A stretch of DNA of 64,000 bases from an uncultured Candidatus Binatia bacterium. GTDB lineage: Bacteria; Desulfobacterota; Binatia; Bin18. The notes beneath the pieces were generated by a model that worked only from the letters and a program-made list of their open reading frames with translations, was not told where the DNA came from and made no database searches. Position 1 is the stretch's first letter, and each line of letters begins with the position of its first letter. The translations under genes were made by a program, and so were the position numbers. This document shows, piece after piece, positions 49,994-60,165 of the stretch. The stretch lies in NCBI GenBank assembly GCA_965200965.1, contig OZ241744.1, forward strand, positions 160,001 through 224,000, read 5' to 3'.

Positions 49994-51196
49994 CCGCACG
50001 CTCACCCGGGGCGGGGAGAGAAAGATGTCGGCGGCGTTGCGAAGCGTGTCCGGGTCGGCGCTGTCGAGCAGCAGGCCGAACACCGACAGGCGGTGCGAGC
50101 CGCTCTCCAGACGCCCGATCTCAGAGAACTGAAAGCCGAAGTGGGGCAGCGCGCCGCCGTAATAGGCGCGTTGCTCAAGCTTGGCCAAGCCGTCCTCAAG
50201 CCGGGGGATGAGGACAAGCGTGCGGCCGCTCGGCAAACGTACGGCCGCCCAGCGATCGGGGCGCTTGTCCGGGACTGCCGGAGACCGGGAGCCGTTTGGC
50301 GGCGGATGCGCCCCGCGCCGGTCCAGAAAATCAAAATAGGCCGTAAACTCCCCCTCGGCCAGCACCAGCCGGGGCGGGATTTTCAGCTTGATCCGGGCGC
50401 TGCCCTCGACAAAATCGCGGTAGAACAGCAGATTGACCCGGCCAGAGGTGCGCAGGCCAAACGGCAGCGGCACCCAATAGCGGGCCTGGCGGATGACCCG
50501 GACCGGGCCCGGCCGGTAGCCGCGCAGGCCGCTGCGCAGTTCGGCCTCGGTGCGCCGGAAGCGCAGCAGGCCGCTCAGCAGGCGGACCTCAGCGTCGGCT
50601 TTTATCCCGGCTATGGTATTGGTTCCCAGGTCGCCCAGCCGCTCAACCGGGGCAAAATGGGTCGGCAGCGGCGCGTCAAAGGCCAGGGCGTAGCGCTCGG
50701 CATACACCCGGTCGGTGGCCGGGTCGTAGCGGGCGTAGGGTCGGGTGGTGGCCTGTGTGGTGGTTGGGGCAAAGATGCCCACATAGACGAAACCCAGCCG
50801 GCTGGGCTGTTCTCCAATCTGGACCTCGGCCCACCCCTCGGCCTGCTCGGGCAGGGCGGTCGGGTCGCCACGCTGGCCAAGGTCACGGTTCATCACCACA
50901 ATGGCGTCGTTGGCGTCAAAGACCTCGGCCGGGTTGTCGCGCGTAGCTTTGGGGCCGTGGCTCACAATCCAGCGTTGTCGCTGGTCGCGTTCATCAACCT
51001 GAAACGGAATCGGGCCTGGGGTGTGGTCGTGGAAGGCGTAGACCCGAAAGGCAGCCAGGGGCCGGTTGTGGAAAAAGGGGGCGAGGCGGCCCTCGATGAG
51101 GCTTGCGCCGGGTGGTGGAGAGGGGAAGCCGGGAGCGGCCGGCAGGAGCAGGCCGGCGGCGAGCAGCAGGCGGTGGAGAACGATGGATCGGATCAC
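49970..51196 (-). CDS. Exported hypothetical protein
   Basis: Signal-peptide-like N-terminus; PIPFQVDERD and GPVRVIR motifs; ATG overlaps the cofE stop. Confidence 0.65.
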   Translation of the reverse strand: MIRSIVLHRLLLAAGLLLPAAPGFPSPPPGASLIEGRLAPFFHNRPLAAFRVYAFHDHTPGPIPFQVDERDQRQRWIVSHGPKATRDNPAEVFDANDAIVVMNRDLGQRGDPTALPEQAEGWAEVQIGEQPSRLGFVYVGIFAPTTTQATTRPYARYDPATDRVYAERYALAFDAPLPTHFAPVERLGDLGTNTIAGIKADAEVRLLSGLLRFRRTEAELRSGLRGYRPGPVRVIRQARYWVPLPFGLRTSGRVNLLFYRDFVEGSARIKLKIPPRLVLAEGEFTAYFDFLDRRGAHPPPNGSRSPAVPDKRPDRWAAVRLPSGRTLVLIPRLEDGLAKLEQRAYYGGALPHFGFQFSEIGRLESGSHRLSVFGLLLDSADPDTLRNAADIFLSPPRVSVRLLKAPPD

Positions 51197-51945
51197 CGGA
51201 ACAGGTCGGCTTCGGCGGGGCGGATCAAGACCTGCCCGCTGCCTTCGGCCGGGATGTACTGGTAGCCACGGATGATGACGGCTGGGACGGCGGCGTTCTT
51301 TTCCATCAGCAGGCCGGCCGCGCAGGCGAGTTCGTCGGCAACCGAGATGATGGTGTGGTGCAGCTCCCGGCCCTGGAGGTCGTGGCCGCCGCGCAGGTCA
51401 AGCAGACCCGCAAAGCCTGAGACGCCTAGGGCAAACTCGACGAGGCCGTCACGCCACGGACGCCCAAAGGTGTCGGTGATGACAATCCCGATGGAGAGGT
51501 GGCGGCGGGCCCGGATGGCTAGGCGTATGTCCCTGGCCGAGCGGTCGGGGTCTTCGGGCAGGACGATGACGATATCGTCGCCGAGGGTGTTGGAGGCGTC
51601 AACGCCAGCGTTGGCGCACACCCAGCCCTGTTTGGTCTCGGTGATGACGACGCCGTTTTTCATCATGACGATGCGTTTGCTCTGTTGCAGGACGACCTCG
51701 ACGATGCGCGGGTCTTTGTCCCACTGCTGGGCGATCTGGTGGGCAAAAGGTGAGGGGGTGACGGTCTTGAGATCGACCACCGCGCCCTCGGCCTTGGAGA
51801 CAATTTTTTGACACATGACCAGGATATCGCCGTCTTTGAGGCCGACCTTGGCGCGGTCAATGGCGTTGAGCAGGAGCGAGACGAGGTCGTCGCCGGGTTG
51901 AATCTGGGGGATGTCGGGGATGGGGATGAGGGCGATGGTGCTCAT
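51193..51945 (-). CDS. cofE: Coenzyme F420-0:L-glutamate ligase
   Basis: IQPGDDL, QKIVSKAEG, CANAGVDASN, LPEDPD, TDTFGRPWR, ADELA. Confidence 0.95.
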   Translation of the reverse strand: MSTIALIPIPDIPQIQPGDDLVSLLLNAIDRAKVGLKDGDILVMCQKIVSKAEGAVVDLKTVTPSPFAHQIAQQWDKDPRIVEVVLQQSKRIVMMKNGVVITETKQGWVCANAGVDASNTLGDDIVIVLPEDPDRSARDIRLAIRARRHLSIGIVITDTFGRPWRDGLVEFALGVSGFAGLLDLRGGHDLQGRELHHTIISVADELACAAGLLMEKNAAVPAVIIRGYQYIPAEGSGQVLIRPAEADLFR

Positions 51946-51954
51946 AGCCACTCC

Positions 51955-52920
51955 TCAGAGCCGGTGTGCCGCTCGGCTCCCTGCCAGGGCAATGACTGTC
52001 CGGGCCAGGGCAATTGACGTGTCCATATCGGTCATGATCGTGTCGGTCACGCGAACCGTCAGCCCTTGGGCTTGCAGGCCGGCCTGGTGGGCCGCGTCTT
52101 GGGCGTCAATCACAAAAGCGTCCAGAAAGTCGGCGTACAGGCCGGCCACGCCAGCCGCGGAGGCTTCGATGCCAAGGCCGCTCAGCATACGGTCGGCTGG
52201 TCCCTTGATCGGCTTGCCGGCCACGAGCGGGTTGATGCCAACAACCGCCGCAGGGGTCTGGCGCAGGGCGTCTCGGACGCCTGGCAGGCCAAGAATCGGC
52301 CCGATGCTGACAAGCGGGTTGCTGGGCGGAAGAATGACCAGGTCCGCGGACCGGATAGCCTCACACACGCCCGGGGCCGGGCGGGCGTTGGCCAGCCCGC
52401 GCAGTTCAACTCGCCTGACCCGGCCCTCGCCGCCGCGTTTGACAAAATACTCCTGAAACGGCAGGGGGCCGGCTTCGGTGTGGACGACTGTGCGGACCGG
52501 GTCGTTGCTCATAGGCAGGACGGTAGCGCGCACCCTCCAGGCTCGGGCGATAGCCGCAGTGACCTGGCTCAGGGTCCGGCCCTGTCGCAGCTGCTGGGTG
52601 CGGAACAGGTGGGTCGCCAAGTCGGCATCGCCCAGACCGAACCAGGTCTCGGGATAATAGCGTTGCAGGGCGGCAAGACAGCGGAAGCTCTCGTCCGGCA
52701 GACCCCAGCCTTTGGCGTGATCAACGGCGTTGGCCAGCGTGTAGGTGATGGTGTCAAGGTCGGGGGAGACATACAGGCCGAAGAAGTCGTCGTCGTCGCC
52801 GGTGTTCACCACCACACGCAGCCTGGCCGGATTGATGGCGCACACCAAGCCGCGCAGAAAGCGAGCGGCCCCTACCCCTCCGGCAAGGGCGGTAATGGCG
52901 AGATCGTCACCGGCCGGCAT
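51955..52920 (-). CDS. cofD: 2-phospho-L-lactate transferase
   Basis: LAGGVGAARF, NTGDD, SPDLDT, LGDADLATH, FQEYFV, PSNPLVSI, KGPA. Confidence 0.96.
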   Translation of the reverse strand: MPAGDDLAITALAGGVGAARFLRGLVCAINPARLRVVVNTGDDDDFFGLYVSPDLDTITYTLANAVDHAKGWGLPDESFRCLAALQRYYPETWFGLGDADLATHLFRTQQLRQGRTLSQVTAAIARAWRVRATVLPMSNDPVRTVVHTEAGPLPFQEYFVKRGGEGRVRRVELRGLANARPAPGVCEAIRSADLVILPPSNPLVSIGPILGLPGVRDALRQTPAAVVGINPLVAGKPIKGPADRMLSGLGIEASAAGVAGLYADFLDAFVIDAQDAAHQAGLQAQGLTVRVTDTIMTDMDTSIALARTVIALAGSRAAHRL

Positions 52921-52923
52921 GTG

Positions 52924-54210
52924 TCAGTGAGCAGCCGCCCGCTTCTCGCGTTCAAAGGGGTGGACATAGCGGAACTGCTCTGAGGCGGTCAGTTTGCGGT
53001 AGGAACCGAACTGCTCGTCTGGATTCTCGACCGTGTCAAGCGGGCTCAGCGCCTCGTCTTGCCCGCTGAAGACCGTCCGCAGTGTGTATGTGGTCCCGCG
53101 TTCGGCTGGGGTCCGGCCAATATCACGGATCAGACGGCGGAGTTCTTTGGGCGGGACGAGCTGTCCGTACTGGGCCCCGGCGGAGGTGGAAATACTCTCG
53201 TTGATGAGAGTCCCGCCCAGGTCGTTGGCCCCTACGTTCAGCAGATACTGGGCCAGCTTTGGACCCTCTTTGACCCACGACGACTGGATATTCCGAAAGG
53301 TCGGGCCGAGCATCAGCCGGGCGACGGCGTGCATCTTGATGACTTCCGTGCCAGTTGCCCCTTGGCGCACGTTTTTGACCAGTTTGCGCTGGTACATGGG
53401 CGCTTCCTGGTGAATCAGGGACAGGGGGACGAACTCGGTAAAGCCGTGGGTTTCCTTCTGGATGTCGCGCAGCAGATTCATATGCCTGACCCAGTGGAGC
53501 GGGGTCTCGATATGGCCGTACATGATCGTCGAGGTGGTCGGAATGCCGAGGCTGTGGGCGGAGGTGATGACCTCAATCCACTGTTGGGTGGTGATGCGGC
53601 CCGGGGCAATACGATCGCGGATGTCCTGGTCAAGAATTTCGGCTGAGGTGCCGGGCAGGGTATCGAGGCCGGCGTCCTTGAGGGCGGCCAGATAGTCGGG
53701 AATAGAGACTGCCGCCCGGGTGGCACCGTACAAGACCTCTTCGGGCGAGAAGGCGTGAATATGCAGGTCTGGGAGGGCCTTTTTGACCGCGCGGGTCAGA
53801 TCGATATACAACTTGCCGTTCATCTTGGGCGGCAGACCGGCCTGCATACAGACCTCGGTGGCCCCCATGTCAACGGCCTCTTGGGCCCGCCGGATAATCT
53901 CCTGTTCGGGCAGAAAATAGCCCTCTTCCTCCCGATACTCCCGGCTGAAGGCGCAGAAGGTGCAGTGTTTGATGCAGACATTGGTGAAGTTGATGTTCCG
54001 GTTGACGACATAGCTCACGACCTCGCCGACCTGACGCCGGCGCATCTCGTCGGCAACGAGGCTCACGGCCTGGAGGTCAAGCCCGTTCGCCTGGCACAAG
54101 CGCAGTCCCTCCTGCCAGGATACTTCCTGTTCGTCCAAGGCCCGGTGCAGAATGGTGCTGACCTGGGGGTCAATATGTTCAAGCATACTCGCAAGACCGT
54201 TGGGTGCCAT
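52924..54210 (-). CDS. cofH: FO synthase subunit CofH (radical SAM)
   Basis: NRNINFTNVCIKHCTFCAF, PGTSAEIL, TIMYGH, IQSSWVK, DLGGTLINESI. Confidence 0.94.
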   Translation of the reverse strand: MAPNGLASMLEHIDPQVSTILHRALDEQEVSWQEGLRLCQANGLDLQAVSLVADEMRRRQVGEVVSYVVNRNINFTNVCIKHCTFCAFSREYREEEGYFLPEQEIIRRAQEAVDMGATEVCMQAGLPPKMNGKLYIDLTRAVKKALPDLHIHAFSPEEVLYGATRAAVSIPDYLAALKDAGLDTLPGTSAEILDQDIRDRIAPGRITTQQWIEVITSAHSLGIPTTSTIMYGHIETPLHWVRHMNLLRDIQKETHGFTEFVPLSLIHQEAPMYQRKLVKNVRQGATGTEVIKMHAVARLMLGPTFRNIQSSWVKEGPKLAQYLLNVGANDLGGTLINESISTSAGAQYGQLVPPKELRRLIRDIGRTPAERGTTYTLRTVFSGQDEALSPLDTVENPDEQFGSYRKLTASEQFRYVHPFEREKRAAAH

Positions 54211-54296
54211 AGCAGGTCTCCTTAGTGGGGAGCGAAATTGGGGAGCGAAGAGTGTCAATACTTCAGACCGAAACAAGGACGGAGAGCACAGCCTGC

Positions 54297-55478
54297 TCAG
54301 GCGTTGATCTGGGCCTGCAACTCCTCGGTCCGCGGCCGCAGGGCCGGCGGCAGAAAGCCAGGCCGGTTGATATACTCCTGGTAGATGGCCAGCCGTTCAC
54401 ACAGCCTGAATCCCTCCTCCCGACAGGTCTGGGCCAGGGTGTCCAGATGCGGCCAAGCTGCTTCCGGGTTGACATAGTCTTTGGTGACTGGCGAGATGCC
54501 TCCCCAGTCGTTAATGCCGGCCCGCAGCAGGAGGCGATGATCGGCCGGGTTCAGGTTGGGCGGGGCTTGGATGTTCATCTGGCCGCCGAGCAGCAGCCGG
54601 GCGACGGCCACCGTTCTGGCCACTTCCAGGCTCTCTGGCTCGGGGGCGTCGGCCATGCGGGTATCGGGTTTGGCCCGGAAGTTCTGGATGATGACCTCTT
54701 GGATATGTCCGTATTGCTGATGGATGTCACGGATGGCCAGCAGGCTCTTGACCACTTCTTCGCGCGTCTCTCCGATGCCGATCAGAATTCCGGTCGTAAA
54801 GGGAATCTCCAACTCGCCGGCTTCACGGATCATCTTGACCCGTACCGCCGGCTCTTTGTCCGGGGCCGAAAAATGGGCCAAGCCGCGTTGGCGGAGCCGA
54901 GGGCTGATATTTTCCAGCATCAGGCCCAAGCTCACATTCACATCTTTGAGCCGTTGCATCTCGTCGTAGCTCAGGATGCCGGCGTTGGTGTGGGGCAGGA
55001 TGCCGTAGGACAGGGCGATCCGGCACGCTTCGTAGACGTATGCGGTTGTCGTCTGGTGGCCGAGATCGGCCAGCGTTGTGCGGTAGACCCGAGAGACCAG
55101 TTCCGGCTTGTCGCCGAGGCACATCAGGGCTTCTTTACAGCCCTGAACCTGACCGCGGGCGAGCCACTGGCGGAGGTCGTCGCGGGTCATGGTCCAGGCC
55201 GCGGGATCGCGCGGGTCCTTGCGAAATGTGCAGTACGAGCACCGATCGCGGCACAGGTTGGTGACCGGCAGAAAGAGCTTGCGTGAGTAGGTGACTGTCC
55301 GCCCTTTGTGACGGTCACGCAACTCGCCTGCGGCCGCCAGTAAGGCCGGGAACTCCTCGTCGGTGCAGTGGATGAGGCGATAGCCCTGGGCGGCGGACAG
55401 CGGCACGCTCTCTTCTGTACGGGCGAGGAACTGGTCAAAGCTCAGAGAAACATGTTTGGAAACAGGCTCGGGCGGCAT
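54297..55478 (-). CDS. cofG: FO synthase subunit CofG (radical SAM)
   Basis: TYSRKLFLPVTNLCRDRCSYC, PHTNAG, QEVIIQNF, QAPPNL, DWGGISP. Confidence 0.95.
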   Translation of the reverse strand: MPPEPVSKHVSLSFDQFLARTEESVPLSAAQGYRLIHCTDEEFPALLAAAGELRDRHKGRTVTYSRKLFLPVTNLCRDRCSYCTFRKDPRDPAAWTMTRDDLRQWLARGQVQGCKEALMCLGDKPELVSRVYRTTLADLGHQTTTAYVYEACRIALSYGILPHTNAGILSYDEMQRLKDVNVSLGLMLENISPRLRQRGLAHFSAPDKEPAVRVKMIREAGELEIPFTTGILIGIGETREEVVKSLLAIRDIHQQYGHIQEVIIQNFRAKPDTRMADAPEPESLEVARTVAVARLLLGGQMNIQAPPNLNPADHRLLLRAGINDWGGISPVTKDYVNPEAAWPHLDTLAQTCREEGFRLCERLAIYQEYINRPGFLPPALRPRTEELQAQINA

Positions 55479-55595
55479 ACGGCTCCCATCAATCAAAGCG
55501 AGAGGGTAGTCAAGGCGGGCCGGAATGTCAACCGTTGTGTGGCGATTTTCTCACTTCTCTGTGATATCACCTGTCTGCCGGCTTTTTGGGGCGCT

Positions 55596-55961
55596 TCAGC
55601 CCGTGTGCCGGGGCGTCGTCGCTGCCCCAGACAGCCGGCGACGGAGACGAACAAGGCCCACCGCGGTACACACCACGCCGAGGCCGAGCATCAGCCGGCC
55701 GCTCTCCAGCACGACACGGTAGAAGTCCAGCTTGGCCCGGGCGATCTCCCAGCGCTCACGCGCTTCGCTGGGGATATAGCGCTGAGCGCCACGAAAGACC
55801 TGGGCGGTCGCCGCTCTGACCTGTGGAGTCATGGCATCCAGAACTGCCTGGTACTCGTTCACCTTTGTCAGGGCGGTGACTGCGTTGCCTAAACCCAGCA
55901 CCAGGAAGACCAGCCCGGCAATGAACAGGTAGTTTCGGGCCAGCAATTGTGTTATGCTCAT
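55596..55961 (-). CDS. Two-TM membrane protein, hypothetical
   Basis: Two hydrophobic helices flanking a soluble loop. Confidence 0.55.
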   Translation of the reverse strand: MSITQLLARNYLFIAGLVFLVLGLGNAVTALTKVNEYQAVLDAMTPQVRAATAQVFRGAQRYIPSEARERWEIARAKLDFYRVVLESGRLMLGLGVVCTAVGLVRLRRRLSGAATTPRHTG

Positions 55962-56051
55962 GAAAAGCCCTCGCCCGGCCCTTAGCAGTCTCAAAGGGGG
56001 AGCGTCAAGGCGTCCAGTCCTTTTCCGCTGTGTGAGATAAGGAAGGCGAAC

Positions 56052-56824
56052 ATGTCGAAGGTGGTGCTGAGCCAGAGAAAGAACCGGGTCCGATGGATCA
56101 CGATCAATCGACCCGAGCGGCGCAACGCCCTGGATAGCGAGACGGTTTTTGGGCTGAAGGAGGCCCTTGACGAGGCGGGTCGAGATCCCGACAGCCGAGT
56201 GATTGTGCTCACCGGGGCGGGCGGGGCATTTTCTTCGGGTGCCGACCTGCGGGCCGAGCGGTCTGAGGGTGGACCGCCAGGGGATGTCATGGAAGACGGT
56301 TTTAACGCTGTGATCCGCGCGATTTGGAACCTGCCCAAGCCGGCGATTGCGGCCGTTGACGGCGTGGCGGCCGGGTTCGGCTGTTCCTTAGCCTTAGCCT
56401 GCGATGTGCGCCTGGCCTCCTTGACGGCCCGCTTTTCGCTGATCTTCGTGCAACGCGCGCTCACCATTGATGGGGGAGCCAGCTATCTCTTACCCCGGCT
56501 GGCAGGCCTCAAAGGCGTGGAGATGGCGCTGACCGGAGAGGTCGTGGATGCCGAGCAGGCCGAACGGATGGGCTTGGTGAATCGGGCTGTGCCCCACGAC
56601 ACCTTCCAGGCCTACAGCGCCGAGTACGCGGAAAAATGGCCAAACAAGCCCCGCTGGCCCTGGCCACGATCAAGGCTTCACTCCACCACGCTTTGGAGCA
56701 CAGCTTAGACGAGGTGTTGACCTCCGAGATGGCCGCGCAGCGGAAGATGGTCCGCACGGCCGACTTTCGGGAGGGACGGACCGCCTTTTTAGAGAAACGA
56801 GAGCCCCGTTACTCCGGCCGCTAG
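56052..56824 (+). pseudogene. Enoyl-CoA hydratase/isomerase with a one-base frameshift in an A5 run (~56632-56636)
   Basis: NRPERRNAL, FSSGADL, AAGFGCSLALACD; C-terminus APLALATIK...DFREG..AFLEKREP continues in another frame. Confidence 0.8.
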
Positions 56825-56850
56825 CGGCCGGTCGAGTCTGAGAAGAAGCC

Positions 56851-57582
56851 ATGGCGCGTTTTTTTATCGTCGGAGATATTCACGCCTGTCCGGCCGAGCT
56901 TGAGGCGCTGCTGAGCACCTTAGCCCTTGAGGCCGAGGATCGGATCGTCTTTTTGGGCGACTATATTGATCGTGGACCTGGAGCCCGTGAGGTGATCGAC
57001 CTGCTGTTAGGTCTGCGGGCCAGCCGGGTCTGCCGGCTGACATTCCTCAGGGGCAACCATGAGGATATGTTCCTCGACTTTCTCGGGTACGGGGGACTTC
57101 ATGGTGACGCATTTCTGATGAACGGCGGGATCCAGACCCTGCACAGCTATGGCTGCTGGCCCGATGCGAGTTCAGCGGCCACGCGTATCCCCAAGACACA
57201 TATTGAGTTTCTGCGCGGCTTAGCTCTCTCCTTTCCCAACCAAGGTCTCGGCCACGCTTCGGGTCACAATGTTGTGTGCGTCCACGCCGGTATTGATCCC
57301 TCGCGCTCACTCGCAGACCAACAGGCTGAACACCTGTTGTGGATTCGTCAGGAGTTTATCAATAGCCGTCACCCCCTCCCGTACACGGTGGTGTACGGCC
57401 ACACGCCCCAGCCTGAGGTCTGCTTTCATCTGCCCTACAAGGTCGGGATTGATACGGGCCTTGTCTACGGAGGACGCTTATCCTGTCTTGAGTGGAACGG
57501 CAAGACCCTGTACCAGGTGGCAAAGGGCAGTCGGCAGGTGAGGGAATGTGATGTCAGCAAACAGTGGTCGGCGGCCGGATAG
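56851..57582 (+). CDS. Metallophosphoesterase (PPP-family Ser/Thr phosphatase-like)
   Basis: GDIHA, LGDYIDRG, RGNHE, VHAG, GHTP, IDTG. Confidence 0.93.
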   Translation: MARFFIVGDIHACPAELEALLSTLALEAEDRIVFLGDYIDRGPGAREVIDLLLGLRASRVCRLTFLRGNHEDMFLDFLGYGGLHGDAFLMNGGIQTLHSYGCWPDASSAATRIPKTHIEFLRGLALSFPNQGLGHASGHNVVCVHAGIDPSRSLADQQAEHLLWIRQEFINSRHPLPYTVVYGHTPQPEVCFHLPYKVGIDTGLVYGGRLSCLEWNGKTLYQVAKGSRQVRECDVSKQWSAAG

Positions 57583-57670
57583 TGATGGCCGCTGAGCCTG
57601 TGGCCGAGCGGGCTTGCCGAGTTGGGTCATTGTCGGCTAATATCCCTGTCTGTCCTGCTAAGGACGCTGT

Positions 57671-57744
57671 GGCGACGTAGCTCAGTAGGCTAGAGCGAGG
57701 GTCTCATAATCCCTAGGTCGGCAGTTCGATTCTGCCCGTCGCTA
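57671..57744 (+). tRNA. tRNA-Met(CAT), most likely elongator
   Basis: GGCGACG/CGTCGCT acceptor stem, CT-CAT-AA loop, GTTCGATTC T-loop; CCA not encoded. Confidence 0.9.
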
Positions 57745-57796
57745 CGCTTCACTCCCGTGTAGACACCGCCTCAGAACCATCCCAAGGAGAACAGCT

Positions 57797-57898
57797 ATGG
57801 ATCCCCTCGCTATTTTTATGCAGACTGTTGCCGCGGTAGCCGTGCTTTTTGCCGCGGTAGCCGGGGTGGCTGTGCTGGTAAGCGGCAGGAAAGACTAA
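57797..57898 (+). CDS. 33-aa single-TM small protein
   Basis: Strong RBS AAGGAG; MDPLAIFMQTVAAVAVLFAAVAGVAVLVSGRKD-stop; below the ORF-track length cutoff. Confidence 0.5.
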   Translation: MDPLAIFMQTVAAVAVLFAAVAGVAVLVSGRKD

Positions 57899-58572
57899 CC
57901 CCCCAAGCCTCGGCCAAACGGCCAGGTCTCGCTTTTGGGTGGCGGAAGCTGAAGCGCGACCGGTCTGCCATTGGCCAGGATGGTTGTTCGGGTCAGCAGT
58001 TCTTGAGCCGAGAGTTCCTCATTCAGAAAGGCGTGCAAGGATTGTTCCGAGAAATAGAACCGTGCTTCGCTCGCTTCACCAACCTGACTCGGATCGTCAA
58101 GGGCCCGGTTCAGCTCCTCAAGGCTGCCGTAGGGTCTGGAGTAGTAGTGGAGGGCTAGCAGGATTCCGTCGGCCGGAAATTCCAAGGTCCGAAGAGCCAG
58201 AAATGACTGCGCTACAATTTTGGTCCACAGGTCAAGAAGCCGGTCGGTTTGACTCAGCATGAGAGAGTTATAGATCAGGCCGGTTTGCACCCGAAAAGTC
58301 AGGAAGGTCTGTTCTTGCCGGGTCTCAATACCGGTCACTTCCACAGATGCGGTGAGCAGGCCGCCGCTGCGTCTGGCGGTGTCGAGCAAACGGCCTAGGA
58401 GGGCGATCGTATCGGGTCCATATTTTTGGTGCACTTCCTGTAACAGTTCCGCTAAGCCTAGCGGGAGTGATTTGTTCCAGGGGGTTGGGTCGGCAGAAAA
58501 AGCCACGCCCGGGACACACAGGCTCCAAACCAGAAGGCCGGCGGACACACAGGGAAAGACGTATCTTTGCAC
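57895..58572 (-). CDS. Exported hypothetical protein
   Basis: Signal-peptide-like N-terminus ending VAFSA; fills the gap between tRNA and tilS. Confidence 0.6.
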   Translation of the reverse strand: MQRYVFPCVSAGLLVWSLCVPGVAFSADPTPWNKSLPLGLAELLQEVHQKYGPDTIALLGRLLDTARRSGGLLTASVEVTGIETRQEQTFLTFRVQTGLIYNSLMLSQTDRLLDLWTKIVAQSFLALRTLEFPADGILLALHYYSRPYGSLEELNRALDDPSQVGEASEARFYFSEQSLHAFLNEELSAQELLTRTTILANGRPVALQLPPPKSETWPFGRGLGG

Positions 58573-58628
58573 AGCCCGGTATCATGCCAAGCTTCTTGCG
58601 GCTTCACAAGGGGCTGCACGGTCGGTGT

Positions 58629-60134
58629 ATGGAAGGTCAAACCCCCCGTCTGAGGGTGAGAGCGCGCGGGCGTTTTTTGCCGCTTGAACGGAAGGTCAAA
58701 ACCGCCCTGGCGCGGTTTTTTTGGTCCCCAGGACATGGTGGTCCGGGCAACCGGGCCATCCGTCTCGGGGTCGGGGTTTCGGGCGGACCGGACTCTGTGG
58801 CCCTGTTGAGCGCTCTGCTGGCCCAGCCAGACCGCCTGCACCTCAGCGTCCTCCACGTTAACCACGGGCTGCGGCCGGAAGCCGACCACGAGCAACGGCA
58901 GGTCGAACGGTTGTGTCGGCTGTGGTATCTGCCCTGCCTTGTGAAAAAACTGGACTCATCCCCTCCCCCGCACGGCCTTGAAGCCTGGGCGCGCAAGGAG
59001 CGCTACCAGTTTTTTGAAGCGGTGATGGAGCGAGAGGGGCTGGACTATCTGGCTCTGGCCCACACCCGGGACGATCAGGCCGAAACCGTGCTGTTTCGGC
59101 TCCTGCGGGGCGGTGCCCGGCGCGGCCTGAGCGGTATTCCGCCAAGCCGCGCGGTCGGAACGCGGGGGGACAAGCATCTCATTCGCCCGCTGCTGGACTG
59201 TAGCCGGCAGGAAGTCTTGGAGTATCTGGCCGACCACCGGCTGTCCTCTGTGACCGATCCCAGTAACGCCGACCTCAGCTATGCCCGCAACCGCATTCGG
59301 CACCGCCTGCTGCCTCTGCTGGCGACCGAGTTCTCGCCTCGCATCTCTCACCATCTGGTCCATTTGGCCGACACCCTACGCGAGGAAGAGGCCTGGCTCG
59401 AAACCGCTACGACCGCGGCTCGGCTGCGCGTCCAGCATGAGCGGGAGGGCGGTCCAGCCCTGGGCGTCCGGGCCTGGGTGGCTGAGCCGCTCGCCCTGCG
59501 AGTGCGGATCTTACGCCAGTGGATCGAATGCGCCGACCCCGGCCGCGAGCTTGGCTTTCTGCACCTTGAACAGGTCCGAGCCTTGGCAGAGGGGCGGGTT
59601 CGGGGTACGGTTGAACTGCCTGGCAGCCTTCAGGTCCGGGTTGAGCGTGGCTATCTTATTGCCGAACCAAAACGGTTCGTTGCCGAACCCTACGCCCACC
59701 CCCTCGTGTGTGGACAAGGGCTGAGGCTGCCCGCTGTTCCCCACGTCCCCGGCAGCGGCTGGCAATGTTGGCTGAGCGAGCCGAGCGCTTGGCACGCTTC
59801 GCCGACCCGGGTGCGGACGGCCGATCGGTGGCGGACCTTCTTTGACGCCGGGCTGCTGTCGTCGGGACTCAGGGTTCGGAGTGTGCGCCCCGGAGATCGC
59901 ATTTTTCCTCTGGGCATGGCTGGCCGAAAGAAGATTCACGATATATTCAGTGACGCCAAGCTGCCGCGCCGGCTGCGTCAGATTTTTCCCCTGGTCGTTT
60001 TGGGGGATGATGCTTCTGATGTGGCGTGGGTACCCGGCCATGTCCGGGGGAAAACCGCGCTGGTGACGCCGGCCACGCGCTCGGTGTGTCAGTGTGTGGT
60101 CAGCCCATTGCCGGAGAAAGCGGAACTGTGTTAG
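58629..60134 (+). CDS. tilS: tRNA(Ile)-lysidine synthetase (start uncertain)
   Basis: [36 protein letters not shown]. Confidence 0.95.
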   Translation: MEGQTPRLRVRARGRFLPLERKVKTALARFFWSPGHGGPGNRAIRLGVGVSGGPDSVALLSALLAQPDRLHLSVLHVNHGLRPEADHEQRQVERLCRLWYLPCLVKKLDSSPPPHGLEAWARKERYQFFEAVMEREGLDYLALAHTRDDQAETVLFRLLRGGARRGLSGIPPSRAVGTRGDKHLIRPLLDCSRQEVLEYLADHRLSSVTDPSNADLSYARNRIRHRLLPLLATEFSPRISHHLVHLADTLREEEAWLETATTAARLRVQHEREGGPALGVRAWVAEPLALRVRILRQWIECADPGRELGFLHLEQVRALAEGRVRGTVELPGSLQVRVERGYLIAEPKRFVAEPYAHPLVCGQGLRLPAVPHVPGSGWQCWLSEPSAWHASPTRVRTADRWRTFFDAGLLSSGLRVRSVRPGDRIFPLGMAGRKKIHDIFSDAKLPRRLRQIFPLVVLGDDASDVAWVPGHVRGKTALVTPATRSVCQCVVSPLPEKAELC

Positions 60135-60165
60135 GTTGTCGGCGCGTAACGGAAAGGGGCAAGGA

